NCBI GenBank assembly: GCA_028826165.1
Contig: JAPDFW010000054.1
Span: forward strand, 62,001 to 126,000
Direction: 5' to 3'
Origin: Anaeramoeba ignava BMAN
Taxonomy: Eukaryota > Protista > Anaeramoebae
Length of the DNA: 64,000 nt
Shown here piece by piece: positions 1 through 11,200 of the stretch (position 1 is the stretch's first letter; each line of letters starts with the position of its first letter). The notes under the pieces were generated by a model, which worked only from the letters and a program-made list of their open reading frames with translations, was not told where the DNA came from and searched no databases. The position numbers and the translations under genes are program-made.

Positions 1-352
1 AATTTAATTCAATATTTAATTCAATTCAATTCAATATTTAATATTCAATTTAATTCAATATTTAATATTTAATTCAATTCATTTAATTCAATTCAATTTT
101 TTAAATATTTAATTCAATTTAATTTAATTCAATTCAAATTCAATATTCAATTCAATTCAATATTTAATATTCAATTCAATATTTAATTCAATTCAATTTA
201 ATTTAATATTTAATTCAATATTTAATATAATATTTAATTCAATTCAATTCAATTCAATATTTAATTTAATTCAATTTAATATTCAATTCAATTCAATTCA
301 ATATTTAATTTTATTTATAATTTTATTTATAAATTTATTTATAAATTTATTA
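1..352. repeat. (AATTC/AATATTT)n microsatellite filling an intron of the Sly1 gene
   Basis: Degenerate pentamer repeat ending at a taag acceptor (353-354) directly before coding sequence. Confidence 0.8.
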
Positions 353-354
353 AG

Positions 355-1947
355 GATTGCTCAAAAGGTATTTATGATTCTTTATACTTAAATTTCACAC
401 CTTCAATTAGTCGAGAAAATTTAGAACAACTTGCTCGAGGTCTTTTAGAAACTGATTCAACTCAAAAAATTAATAAAATAATTGATCATTATTTAAATTA
501 TATCACATATGAAGAAACATTTTTTACTTTAAATATTAAAAATTCATATTATAAACTTCAAGTGGATAATCAAAACGAAAGCAAGATAACAAAAACAATC
601 AATCAAATTGTAGAAGGATTATTTGGGGTTCTTGTAACACTTAAAGTAATCCCAATAATTCGCTGCCCACCTAATGGAGCAGCAGCATTTGTTGCGAAAG
701 AATTGAATAAAAAAATTTATGAACACTTGAAACAACCAAGAAATTTATTTCAAGAAGAAACCCCACTTTCAGTTGTAAATTTCCAGAGAATAACACTTAT
801 CATATTAGATAGAGATATTGATTTCAATGTGATGCTTCATCATTCATGGATTTATCATTCATTAATATATGATGTTTTGGAAACTTCTTTAAATCAAGTC
901 ACAGTCGATGTTGATCTTGAAGCAAAAACAAATGAAAATTCAAATGAAAATTCAAATGAAAAACCAAAGGAGAATTCAAACGAAAATTCGTTTAAGAAAA
1001 ATAATAAGAAAACCTTTTATATTCATGAAGACGATGATTTTTGGAAAGATAATCATTTTAAACCATTTCCTGATATTGGAGATCAAATCAGTATATTAAC
1101 AAAGGAATTCCAAGAAAATAAGGCTAATATTACCGAACCAGATCTAAATTTGGATGTTATGCAAAACGCACAGAATTTATCTTCCAAAGTTTCAAATCTT
1201 CCCCAATTACAAAAACGAAAAAAAGAGATTGACAAACACACATCAATCGCAACTGGGATTTTAGAGCAAATTCAACAACGTGATTTGGGAACATTTTTTG
1301 ATGTGGAACAGGCAGTAATGGGGTCTTCTTCAACGTCTTCAAACGAATTCCAAGACGTTCTTAAACTTCTTAGAAACCCAAAAGGATCTTCTTTTGATAA
1401 ATTGAGATTGTTTTTAATTTATTTCATTTCAAAACAAACAATTAAAGAAGATGATTTGAATGTTTTGCTCAAAACACTTGAAGAACAGAATATTGAATAT
1501 CAAAGCTATTACAACCACTTCAACGAATTGAAAATGTTGCAAAAAAAACAAATGCAAATGAACGCAAATTCGCGTTCGAAAAATAACAATATTTTCAGAG
1601 ATATTGCACAAAAATTCGGGCTTCATGAAATGCTTCCCAAACGTTATGAACTCCCAATAACGCGCGTTGTTTCTTCTATTATGAATGTCAAGCAAGACAC
1701 TAAATCCGCAAATTATTTTTTTGATTATTTGGATCCAAAAAAAATGCCAAAATATCAAACTCCTTTTAAATCTGCAATTGTTTTTGTTGTTGGAGGTGGA
1801 AATCCTTCTGAATTTATTAATCTTAAACAATTTTCTGATTCTCAACAAATGAAACGTAATATTATTTATGGTTCAACAGAAATTATTAATGCTCAAGAAT
1901 TTTTGAATCAATTATCTTTGAAAATTGGAAATGATGAAAAAATTTGA
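355..1947 (+). CDS. SLY1: Sec1/Munc18 family protein Sly1 (last exon; 5' exons lie outside the window)
   Basis: Frame is open from 355 (DCSKGIYDSLYLNFTPSISRENLE), upstream of the listed ORF start; motifs PIIRCP..AA..VA, LIILDRDIDFNVMLHHSWIYHSLIYD, IDKHTSIAT, DKLRLFLIYF, AIVFVVGGGN.SEF, IIYGSTEI. Confidence 0.93.
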   Translation, partial: DCSKGIYDSLYLNFTPSISRENLEQLARGLLETDSTQKINKIIDHYLNYITYEETFFTLNIKNSYYKLQVDNQNESKITKTINQIVEGLFGVLVTLKVIPIIRCPPNGAAAFVAKELNKKIYEHLKQPRNLFQEETPLSVVNFQRITLIILDRDIDFNVMLHHSWIYHSLIYDVLETSLNQVTVDVDLEAKTNENSNENSNEKPKENSNENSFKKNNKKTFYIHEDDDFWKDNHFKPFPDIGDQISILTKEFQENKANITEPDLNLDVMQNAQNLSSKVSNLPQLQKRKKEIDKHTSIATGILEQIQQRDLGTFFDVEQAVMGSSSTSSNEFQDVLKLLRNPKGSSFDKLRLFLIYFISKQTIKEDDLNVLLKTLEEQNIEYQSYYNHFNELKMLQKKQMQMNANSRSKNNNIFRDIAQKFGLHEMLPKRYELPITRVVSSIMNVKQDTKSANYFFDYLDPKKMPKYQTPFKSAIVFVVGGGNPSEFINLKQFSDSQQMKRNIIYGSTEIINAQEFLNQLSLKIGNDEKI

Positions 1948-2133
1948 TTAAAAAAAAATTTTCATTCCACTTTTTTTTTTTTCATTCCACTTTTTTTTCT
2001 TTTTCTTTTTCTTTTTCTTTTTAAATTCAATTAATTTTAGAAAATACGAATAAAAAAACAAAAATAATAAAAATTAATTTAAAAATTATTTGAAATTTAA
2101 TTAAAAAATTTATTTAGAAAATTATTTAAAAAA

Positions 2134-5100
2134 TTATTTTCTTTTTTTCATTTTGTAAACCATTATTCCAATTACAATTACAGTAATTGCTCCTATAACA
2201 TAATATTTTGTATTTGAATTTTTTTCTTCTTGATTTTTTTCTTCTTGATTTTTTTCTTTTTGATTTTTTTCAAGATTAATTTCTTGATAAATTTTTTCTT
2301 GATAAATTTTTTGTTGATTTTTATGATCTTTTTTTAAAGAAATGTTTTGAATTTGATTTTGAATTTGGTTTTGATTTTGATTTTGATTTTGATTTTGATT
2401 TTGATTATTTATATTTTTTTGAGATCCTTCAATCAATCTTTCAATAAATGAATCAACTTTGATTTCTGGTTTTAATTCTTTTGCTTTTTGAAAGAATTTA
2501 TTTGCTTTATAAGAATCAATTTGAATTTCTTCTCCAGTTATATATAAAACAGCTAAATTATACATTGCTTCTGGATTTGCTGCATTTGCTGATTTTTCAA
2601 GATATTTTATTGCTAAATTGATGTCTTTTTTTAATCCAAATCCTCCTATTGTATAAAGACATCCTAAATCATATGCTGCTGAAATATTTCCATTATCAAG
2701 TGCTAATTGATAATATTTTTTTGCTTTTGAATAATTTTTTTTGCATCCATTTCCATTTTGATAACAATTTCCAACCTAAAAAAAAAATCATAATTATTAA
2801 TATCAATTTTATCCGAATTTAAGTTGTTTTATGAAATTGTTTATATTAACACAATTTTTCAATGAATGAATATTTGATATTCTTGGAAATGAGAAAGAGT
2901 TTTTGTTGTTTTTTAGGTGAATCAAAATCAAAAAGAAAACCAAAAAATCAAAGAAAAGAAAAAATAAAATTTTTGGATTAATGATTTTTTTCTTTCCAAA
3001 AGGAGAAAGATCAAAAATTTGCCCGATTCTCAAAAAATTTTTTGATTTGAGGCAAAAAAAATTTTTTTTTTTTGGTTCAGTAGATCCAAATAAAATTTCA
3101 TTCCAAAAAAATTCAAGATCAACATACGATTAATGTTTCAATATTGGGATATTTATTTGTCAATTTGACATCAAATTCATCCAAAGACTTTTTTGAAGAA
3201 ATTTTGATCGCAAATCAACTTAATTTTTCATAGTGGAGAAAAATAAAAAACTTGTTGATGTAGTGAAAAAACTAACGATTTTATTTTATTCTTTTTGATC
3301 GATCAGACGCAACCTGTGCAAATTTTCGATGAAAAGAACATGCTTACCTTATCTTGTTGGAAAATAATCACGAGATGAAATTTTGCACAGGTTGGGGCAA
3401 CCCTATTTTTTCGATCATTTTTGTAATTAGAGAAATTTTAATCAAATCAACTTATTCATTTTGTCATTTTGTGAGAATAATCATTTTAGAATTGAATGAA
3501 GAGAACAATATATTTAAGACAGGTAGTTCATTCCAAAAAAAAAATTAATTGAAAACAAATTCAAAAAAATTTTAAAAAAAAAAAAATTTCAAAAATCCAA
3601 AAATCAGTTAATCAAAATTTCCTTAAGAAAATGAATGAATTTGACAACAGAAAACAACAAAACTCTTTCTCATTTCTCGTGTTTGAATTTTGTCTCAAAA
3701 ATAATTCCTTCATTCAAAAATTGTGTTATTCTTTTGAATACAATAAATTGTGCATTTGATGAACCAAGAAATGCTGCTTTTTTCCAAAAAATAAATGCTT
3801 TATTTATATCTTTTTCTATTGGAAATCCAGTATATTCAAAACTATAAAGCATAGCTAATTTAATAGTACTTTGTCTATGCCCTTTATTATATGATGAAAG
3901 AAGATATTTAAGCGATTTATCAAAAACTCTTTGAGATTCATAATACTTGGATAGTAAAAATCTAAAAAGAAAGAAATTATATAAATAAATATATAAATAA
4001 ATATATAAATAAATATATAAATAATTATATAAATAATTATATAAATAAATATATAAATATATAAATAAATAAATATATAAATAAATATATAAATAAATAT
4101 ATAAATAAATATATAAATAAATATATAAAAATAAATAAAAAATAAATAAAATATATAAATAAATATATAAATAAATATAAACAAATATATAAAAATAATA
4201 TATAAATATATAAACAAATATATAAATAAATAAACAAAAAAAAACAAATAAATAATATAAAAATATAAATAAATAAATAAACAAAATATAAAATAAATAT
4301 ATAAATAAATATATAAATAAATATATAATTAAATATATAAATATATAAATAAATATATAAACAAAATAAATAAAAATATAAAAATAAAAATATATAATTA
4401 AATAAAACATATAAATAAAATATAATAAACAATAAACAAAATAAAATAAATAAATAAATAAATAAATAAAATAAATATATAAATAAACAACATATAATTA
4501 AAATATATAATTAAATATATAATAAAAAATATCATATAAAATAAATAAAAAAAAAAAATATATAAACAAATATATAAATAAATATATAAATAAATATATA
4601 AATAAATATAAAAAAAAACAAATAAACAACATATAAAAATAAAATATAAAAAACAAATATATAAAAAAATAAATAAATAAATAAAAAAAAAACAAATATA
4701 TAAAATATATATATAAATAAATATATAATTAAATATATAAATAAATATATAATTAAATATATAAATAAATATATAAATAAATATAATTAAATATATAAAT
4801 AAATATATAAATAAATATATAAATAAAAATAAATAAAATATATAAATAAATATATAAATAAATATATAAATAAATTTATAAATAAATATATAAATAATTA
4901 TATAAATAAATATTTAAATAAATATATAAATAAATATATAAATAATTATATAAATAAATATATAAATAAATATATAAATAAATATATAAATTTATAAGTA
5001 AATACTCAGAATGAGGATCTAAATAGCCTTTTGGATGTTCTTTTATTATAACAAAAGGCCAATTTGATAAATTTGATTTAAATAATTTAAATTGAAAAAT

Positions 5101-5298
5101 TTTAGTTTTTTGATCAAAATTTTTTGTGCTTTTTTCAACAATAATAGAAGAATATAAAGTTCCTGAAATAATAGGATTTGTTGAAGAAATAGTTAAAAAA
5201 ATTGATGTTTCTGTTAATTCTATAATAAGTTGTTGTGGATTTTGTATTTCAAATTGAATTATAATTTCTTGAGAATTTTGAGAAAAATTATATTGCAT
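2134..5298 (-). CDS. CS/Hsp20-like domain + Sel1-like repeats + C-terminal tail anchor (384 aa); candidate organellar import receptor
   Basis: Exons 5298-5006, 3961-3742 and 2775-2134 join in frame with GT-AG introns; N-terminus MQYNFSQNSQEIIIQF...IISGTLYSSI...LFK..NWP (CS domain); 4-5 Sel1 repeats such as AQFIVGNCYQNGNGCKKNYSKAKKYYQLA and AAYDLGCLY; ends YYVIGAITVIVIGIMVYKMKKRK. Confidence 0.8.
2847..3728 (+). ncRNA. Putative structured RNA or fold-back element nested in intron 2 of the Sel1 gene
   Basis: Nested inverted repeats 2847-2870/3705-3728, 2886-2912/3651-3676, 2969-2979/3594-3604, 3297-3302/3411-3416, a perfect 13-bp stem 3310-3322/3382-3394 and a GGG-GCAA-CCC GNRA hairpin at 3394-3403; non-repetitive, unlike the other long introns. 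Confidence 0.45.
3978..4992. repeat. 12-bp minisatellite (ATAAATAAATAT)n in intron 1 of the Sel1 gene
   Basis: Direct inspection; it produces the spurious Y/I/F/L ORFs in the ORF track. Confidence 0.9.
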
Positions 5299-5398
5299 AA
5301 TTAAAAAAATAAACAAGAAAATTAAGAAAAAAAAAATGAAAAAAATGATTTTTAATTTTTTTTTTAATTTTTTTTTCATTTTTTTCTTAATTTTTTTA
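5299..5398. promoter_or_regulatory. 100-bp bidirectional promoter with TCATTT motifs on both strands
   Basis: Divergent ATGs at 5298 (-) and 5399 (+); aaatga twice at ~5334-5348, tcattttt at ~5376. Confidence 0.55.
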
Positions 5399-6820
5399 AT
5401 GAATAAACAAAATTGGTCAAAAATTTTAAATCAAGAATATGTTCGTGATTTTGAACGTTTAATGGAAAAAGAATCAACAAATTCAAACTTTAAAATAATA
5501 GTTGGAAATGAAAAAATGGAATTTGGATGCAGTAAATTGATTTTATTTTATAGAAGTAGTTTTTTTACAAATTATTTAACTCACAATGAAACGGATCAAG
5601 TGTTTTTTCCAGATATTTCCCCTGTTGTAATGCCAGGCATCATTCGATACATATATACATCACGAATAACTGTTCCCACAAAATGGATCATTGACTTTTA
5701 TTATGCAATTTGTAAATTCCAGTTTAACGAACTTAGAAATTTACTATTTAATTGGATCATGGATCACTTAAACTCCGAAACAGTGCTTCAATGGTTCGAC
5801 CAAATTGCAACCCTCAAATCCCAGCCTCTTCTGCAGAAATGCTTCTCAATCATCTCGGAAAATCTACCTGGTGTTTTCTTCCAAGAAGCTTTTCTTACTT
5901 TGAAAGAAGATAGTTTGATCTCAATTTTGGATCAATTTAAAAACTCAATTGAATTTTCAAAAGAAATTCTTAATTGTTTGGCAAATTGGGTTGATCGAAA
6001 ATTTCACTTTTCTAATGATTCTCAGGATTCAAAATATCAGATGGAAATCACTCATTTTCTTTCTGCATTTTTGAAAAAAATTGGTGTCAAAAATATCGAT
6101 AATTTAGAATCAATATTTTTTGATAAAAATCAAACTTTGAAAATTAGTCACAATCCAGATATCATGGAATGCGCTGAATTTTTCCAAGAAATGGTGACTG
6201 AATATGACAACGATGGTAACCAAAAGCTAATCTTCAGATCTCAAGAAAGCGGGATTCAAACATCAAAGATCATCAACGGTTCAATGGAACTTTTAAATTG
6301 TTTGAAAAATTGGTTGAATAAGGATTTTTTTCTTGCTTCGACTCTCTGCTATTCGTATTCTCCAATAGCAGAGGAGAAGCTGCTCACAAAACCAGATTTC
6401 CACAAATGGTGTGACAACAAAGGACCGACCCTTGTTATCATTTTGACTACCAAGGGAATGATTTTTGGCGGTTATACTTCTGTCGGTTGGAAAAATCAAT
6501 TTGGAAATTGCAAATATTTTAAAGATTCTCAATCGTTTCTATTTTCTTTAATCAATCCTTCTAAAAAAATGAGAAAATTCCCAATTAAACCCGGTCAAGA
6601 GGATTATGCCGTTTATTTCGATAAGAATTTGGGTCCTGTTTTTGGTTTTGGTCACGATCTTTATGTTGAACAATCAATTATTTCAGGTTTTTCTAACTGT
6701 GGTTTCTCTTATTATGATAATGTTGATTCTTCAAATCAACAAGAAATTTCTGTTCAATTTTTTTCTTCTGAACAAAGTTATTGGGAAATTCAATATTTAG
6801 AAGTATATACTTTGTTATAA
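5399..6820 (+). CDS. BTB/POZ-BACK-TLDc domain protein (intronless)
   Basis: Likely start MNKQNW at 5399; BTB (SNFKIIVG..EFGCSKLILFYRSSFF, IIRYIYTSRI), BACK (FLTLKEDSLISIL) and TLDc (FHKWCDNKGPTLVII...IFGGYTSVGW, SFLFSL, GPVFGFGHDL, IQYLEVY). Confidence 0.9.
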   Translation: MNKQNWSKILNQEYVRDFERLMEKESTNSNFKIIVGNEKMEFGCSKLILFYRSSFFTNYLTHNETDQVFFPDISPVVMPGIIRYIYTSRITVPTKWIIDFYYAICKFQFNELRNLLFNWIMDHLNSETVLQWFDQIATLKSQPLLQKCFSIISENLPGVFFQEAFLTLKEDSLISILDQFKNSIEFSKEILNCLANWVDRKFHFSNDSQDSKYQMEITHFLSAFLKKIGVKNIDNLESIFFDKNQTLKISHNPDIMECAEFFQEMVTEYDNDGNQKLIFRSQESGIQTSKIINGSMELLNCLKNWLNKDFFLASTLCYSYSPIAEEKLLTKPDFHKWCDNKGPTLVIILTTKGMIFGGYTSVGWKNQFGNCKYFKDSQSFLFSLINPSKKMRKFPIKPGQEDYAVYFDKNLGPVFGFGHDLYVEQSIISGFSNCGFSYYDNVDSSNQQEISVQFFSSEQSYWEIQYLEVYTLL

Positions 6821-6870
6821 TTTTATGAAAAATAAACCAAAACAAAAACAATTTCAAAAACAAAACAAAA

Positions 6871-7080
6871 TCAATTTAAAAATGAATTTAAAAATGAATT
6901 TAAAAATGAATTTAAAAATCAATTTAGAAATGAATTTAAAAATCAATTTAAAAATCAATTTAAAATGAATTTAAAAATGAATTTAAAAATCAATTTAAAA
7001 ATCAATTTAAAAATGAATTTAAAAATCAATTTAAAAATCAATTTAAAAATCAATTTAAAAATCAATTTAAAAATGAATTT
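6871..7080. repeat. 12-bp minisatellite (AAAAATCAATTT/AAAAATGAATTT)n between convergent 3' ends
   Basis: Direct inspection. Confidence 0.9.
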
Positions 7081-7969
7081 ATTTACTAAATTCTTGAAAA
7101 TATTGAAATCCAATCCTTTTTTCAATTTCATAATTAAAATCTGTTTCAAATTCTTCAAATTCAAAATTTTCCACATTTAAATTCCAATCCAAAACAGACA
7201 TAATTTCTCTTTCCAATTTGTTAACAAAATCAATTTCAAGATTATCAAGATCAGCCCAAAATTCATTTGAATCACATTCATCTTCAAGAAATTTTGAAGA
7301 AATCATAAAACAAATAAGAATATATTGACAAAGAGAAGGAAGTGTTTGTCTTTCTTTTAAAAATTTAATTAATTCATTTCTTCTTGTTAATAAAAAAGCA
7401 GAATAAAAAAAAACTTTATTTGAAATTCCTGATGTAAGAATTATTCTTTTTGTAAAGTTAGTGAGTGAATAAAGAATTATTTTTTTCAGTTTTGTTGTTC
7501 CATTCCATTTTGGAGCATCAAGAATTTGTTTAATCAATTGACAAAATATTTCTTTTTAAGATTTTTTAAATTAAATATTTTTGGATTAAATAAATATTTT
7601 TGGATTAAATAAATATTTTTGAATTAAATAAATATTTTTTGGATTAAATATTTCTTTTTAATATTTCTTTTTAATTAAGAAAAAACCTATCATTATTTGT
7701 CTTTTTATTGGATCTTCTTCTTCTTGTTCTGTCTCTAAAAAATTTAATTTTGATTTTTCAATTTCTTTTGGAATTTGAATTTTTTCTTTTTTGGAAAAAC
7801 AATTTCTTTTATTTGAATTTGATTTTGAATTTGAATTTGATTTTGAATTTGATTTTGATTTTGATTTTGATTTTGATTTTGAATTTGAATTTGATTTTGA
7901 ATTTAAATTTAAATTGGAAATGGAATTTGTTGTTTGAAATAATAGAAAATGTTTTCTTGAATTGATCAT
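7079..7969 (-). CDS. Pho80/PCL-type (cyclin U/P-like) cyclin
   Basis: Exons 7969-7687 and 7551-7079 join in frame (IG|gtttt...aaaag|AA IFCQ); cyclin box ILICFMISSKFLEDECDSNEFWA...VNKLEREIMSVLDWNLNV. Confidence 0.8.
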
Positions 7970-8236
7970 TAAATGAAATGAAAAGAAAAAAATAATTAAA
8001 GATTTTGTAAAAGGAAAAAAATTTAAATTTAAATTTAAATTCCTTTTTTTTTTTTTGAAATTTGACTTTGAAAAATTAAGAAAAAAAGAAATTGAAAGGA
8101 AAAAAGTGGAAAAAGTTTTTTATTTTTTTATTTTTTATTTTTTAAAAAAAAAATCCAACTTTGAAATTTCATTTTTTTATTTTTTTATTTTTTTATTTTT
8201 TTTTTCCTTTTTTAAAAATAATAATTATAAAAATAA

Positions 8237-11200
8237 ATGGATGGTTTAATTCAACAAATAAATTTAGCAGAACTTTCATTAAAACTTGTTATTTTAACAG
8301 AAATTAATGAAAGAATAGCATTAGGAAATGAAGATTCACTTTAATTTCATGGAGGTTTGTTTTTAATTTAAAATTAAAATTCATTTTAAAATTCTCTTAT
8401 TAAAATAAAAATTAAAATCAATTTCAAATAAAGAAGAAATTTTGTTGATTCATTTTAGGTTTTAAAATTTAAATTTAAAATTAAAATTAAAATTAAAATT
8501 AAAATTAAAATTAAAATTAAAATTAAAATTAAAATTAAAATTAAAATTAAAATTAAAATTAAAATTAAAATTATAATTCATTTTAAAATTAAAATTAAAA
8601 TTAATTCATAAAACAAAAGTTCTTGGTATTAGAGCCATTGCAAATCTTATAGAATCAATTCCAACAGCAACAAGAGCTGTTGTACATTCAGATGTATTAC
8701 AAGGATTAATCTCCCAATTATCAACATTCAAAGATCTTGATTTAGCCGAATTAACACTAAGTGTTTGGAAATCTATATAAAAAGAAAAAGAAAAAACGAA
8801 TAGAATCTTAATTCTTTTATAAAAATAAATATTCTTAATTATAAAAGGTTATTGAAAAACTCACCCATGAACATAATAGAGAAGTACTTAGAAATGGAGG
8901 ATTGGTTTCTGTATTGCAATTTATTGATTTCTTTTCTGTTCATGGACAAAAGATATCTGCAGCTGCAGCTGCAAATATGTGTCGTTCAATTCCAGATAGT
9001 TCAAATGATGCTGTTATTTCTGCAGTTCCTTTATTAATAAAAACTTTAAATTTTCATGAACAAAAAGGTAAATACAAACCATTCTAATTGATTTCAAAAA
9101 ATGTTTAATTTTTGTGGTTTTTGCTTTCCTTTTATTATGATGATTAACAAAAACCACAAAAAAATTGTTTTTAGTTGTTGATTTATGTTGTTTATCTATT
9201 GAAAGAATTTGCGACCATTTTATTAATTTTTCTGACAAATTTATTCAATTACAAACTGATGAAATGCTTCAAAAATTAATTTTATTGATTCAAAATACAA
9301 CAACTTCTCTTGCAACTTCCATTTCAGCAATTAAAATATTAACAAATTTTTGTATTAAAAATCCACCAATAACTTTAAAATTATATAAATTGGATATTTT
9401 TACTATTTTACAAAAATTATTGAATCCTTACAACAAACAAGAAACAGGTATTTCAAAAAGCAAAAAAACAAGAATATAATAATTTTTTTTTTAAAAAAAA
9501 TATATTTATATTTATATTCATAGAATTAGTCCAATCTTCTTCACCAAATTTAAATGAAGTTTTTTGTTCTACAAATAAGCTATTCCATATTATAACATTT
9601 ATATCAAATTTATTACCACCAATATCTTTTGAAATTCTTCCAGAACATATCCAACAACCACTATGTATTGAATCTATTTATGCAAATTTAATAGAGAAAA
9701 TGTCTTCCTTCCAAAATCCATTGGATGACAACAATGAGCATCTTGAATTGTTAAAAAAAAACCCAGATTTTCTTACTCAATTTGCTTCAAGTTTGCTCAA
9801 TTCAATTCTTTTTGTTTATGATGAAGTTATTGAACCTTATATTAATATCCAATGTCTGCTTATTATTTTCAAATCTTTTTATTGGCTCAATCAATTAGAT
9901 CCAACAAATTCGATTTTTGTTTATGAAGAGGAATTCCAATCTGTTTCAGAATTCATTATTAGTTTAGTTTCTCCTCATCTTGATTCTCATATTATTGGAT
10001 TTGGAATTCAACTCTCTTTTGTACTTCTACAAAATAATGAAGTTTTCAAATATTTTTTTCTCACTAATGGATTACTTGATAATTTTCATTCTTTATTAAA
10101 TCTTTATTCTCCATTATCTAATGATTTTATTTTAATTTCAAAATTATATGAAGATTTAGAAAAAGAAAAAGAAAAAGAAAATTTAGAAAAAGAAAAAGAA
10201 AAAGAAAATTTAGAAAAAGAAAAAGAAAATTTAGAAAAAGAAGATTTAGAAAAAGAAAAAGAAAAAGAAAAAGAAAAAGAAAATAATTTACAAAATAATA
10301 GAAAAAGAAAATATAAACCAAAAGAAGAAAAGTTGGTGGGCAAGAAGAAAAGAAAAAAGAAAAGCAAAAAAAGAAAGAAAACTTAAACTAAAAACACAAA
10401 AAGAAAAAGAAAAAGAAAAACCCAAAAAGAAGCGTTTTTTCTTTTTCGGTTCTCGTAAAAAATCAAACAAAGAAAAAAAAGAAATATCAAAATCACATAA
10501 TGTTAAAATTAATCAACTTCCAGAACCACAAAAAAAGACTAAAATCAATTATAATTCCCAAACAGCATTGTGGATTGTGAAAAAAATTCAAGTTATAATT
10601 CATCTATTTTTTAATGAATACCAAAATCCCAAATCAAACAATTTAAAAATTTACAAAATTGATGTTCAAATTTCAAACAAGCATTTCAATGAAAAAACTC
10701 AACAATTTTCAGATTTTAAATTTAAAACAAAAAAAATTAAGCAAAATAATCATGAAATTAAATCTAATTTAAAAGATGATCAAAATCAAGATCAACAATT
10801 TCATTTTGATAAATCTCGTCCAAAAATGAAAACTTCTAAATCAGCACCAGAATTCAAGCAAACTATTCAGCAAATGATAACTCGAAGTTCTTCTTATCAA
10901 TTTAAAACATCTTTTTCTCGTTTGAAACAGTTAGCAAAAGGATATGAATATTAAAGAAAAATATGATGAAACTATCCATCAATTATCCACGATTTTTTCA
11001 GAAGAAAAACTATTTATTAGCAATTTTGATTTGATTGAAAGTGGGATTTTGGATTCTTTATTATCTTTTTTAACAATACAAAAGATTCTCCATACAAAAT
11101 CCTTTCCAATGATGAGGAAATAAATGATTTGATTGAAAGAATACGCAGTTTTTCAAAATATTTTTTCAGAACACAAGATAAAAATCAAAATCTAAATGAA

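Noticed and set aside
3339-3352. U1 snRNA 5' end (AUGCUUACCU resembles AUACUUACCU)
   Set aside because: No U1-70K or U1A loop motifs or U1 cloverleaf recognisable downstream, and the motif lies inside a larger stem
2776-3741. Group I/II intron, hammerhead ribozyme or TPP riboswitch
   Set aside because: No convincing P/Q/R/S elements, domain V, CUGANGA/GAAA core or CUGAGA motif; boundaries are ordinary GT-AG
3670-4695. Hydrophobic Y/I/F/L ORFs (also 17713-19031, 25039-25491, 28694-28969, 48396-49985 on +, 54381-55208)
   Set aside because: Translations of intronic or antisense microsatellites, not genes
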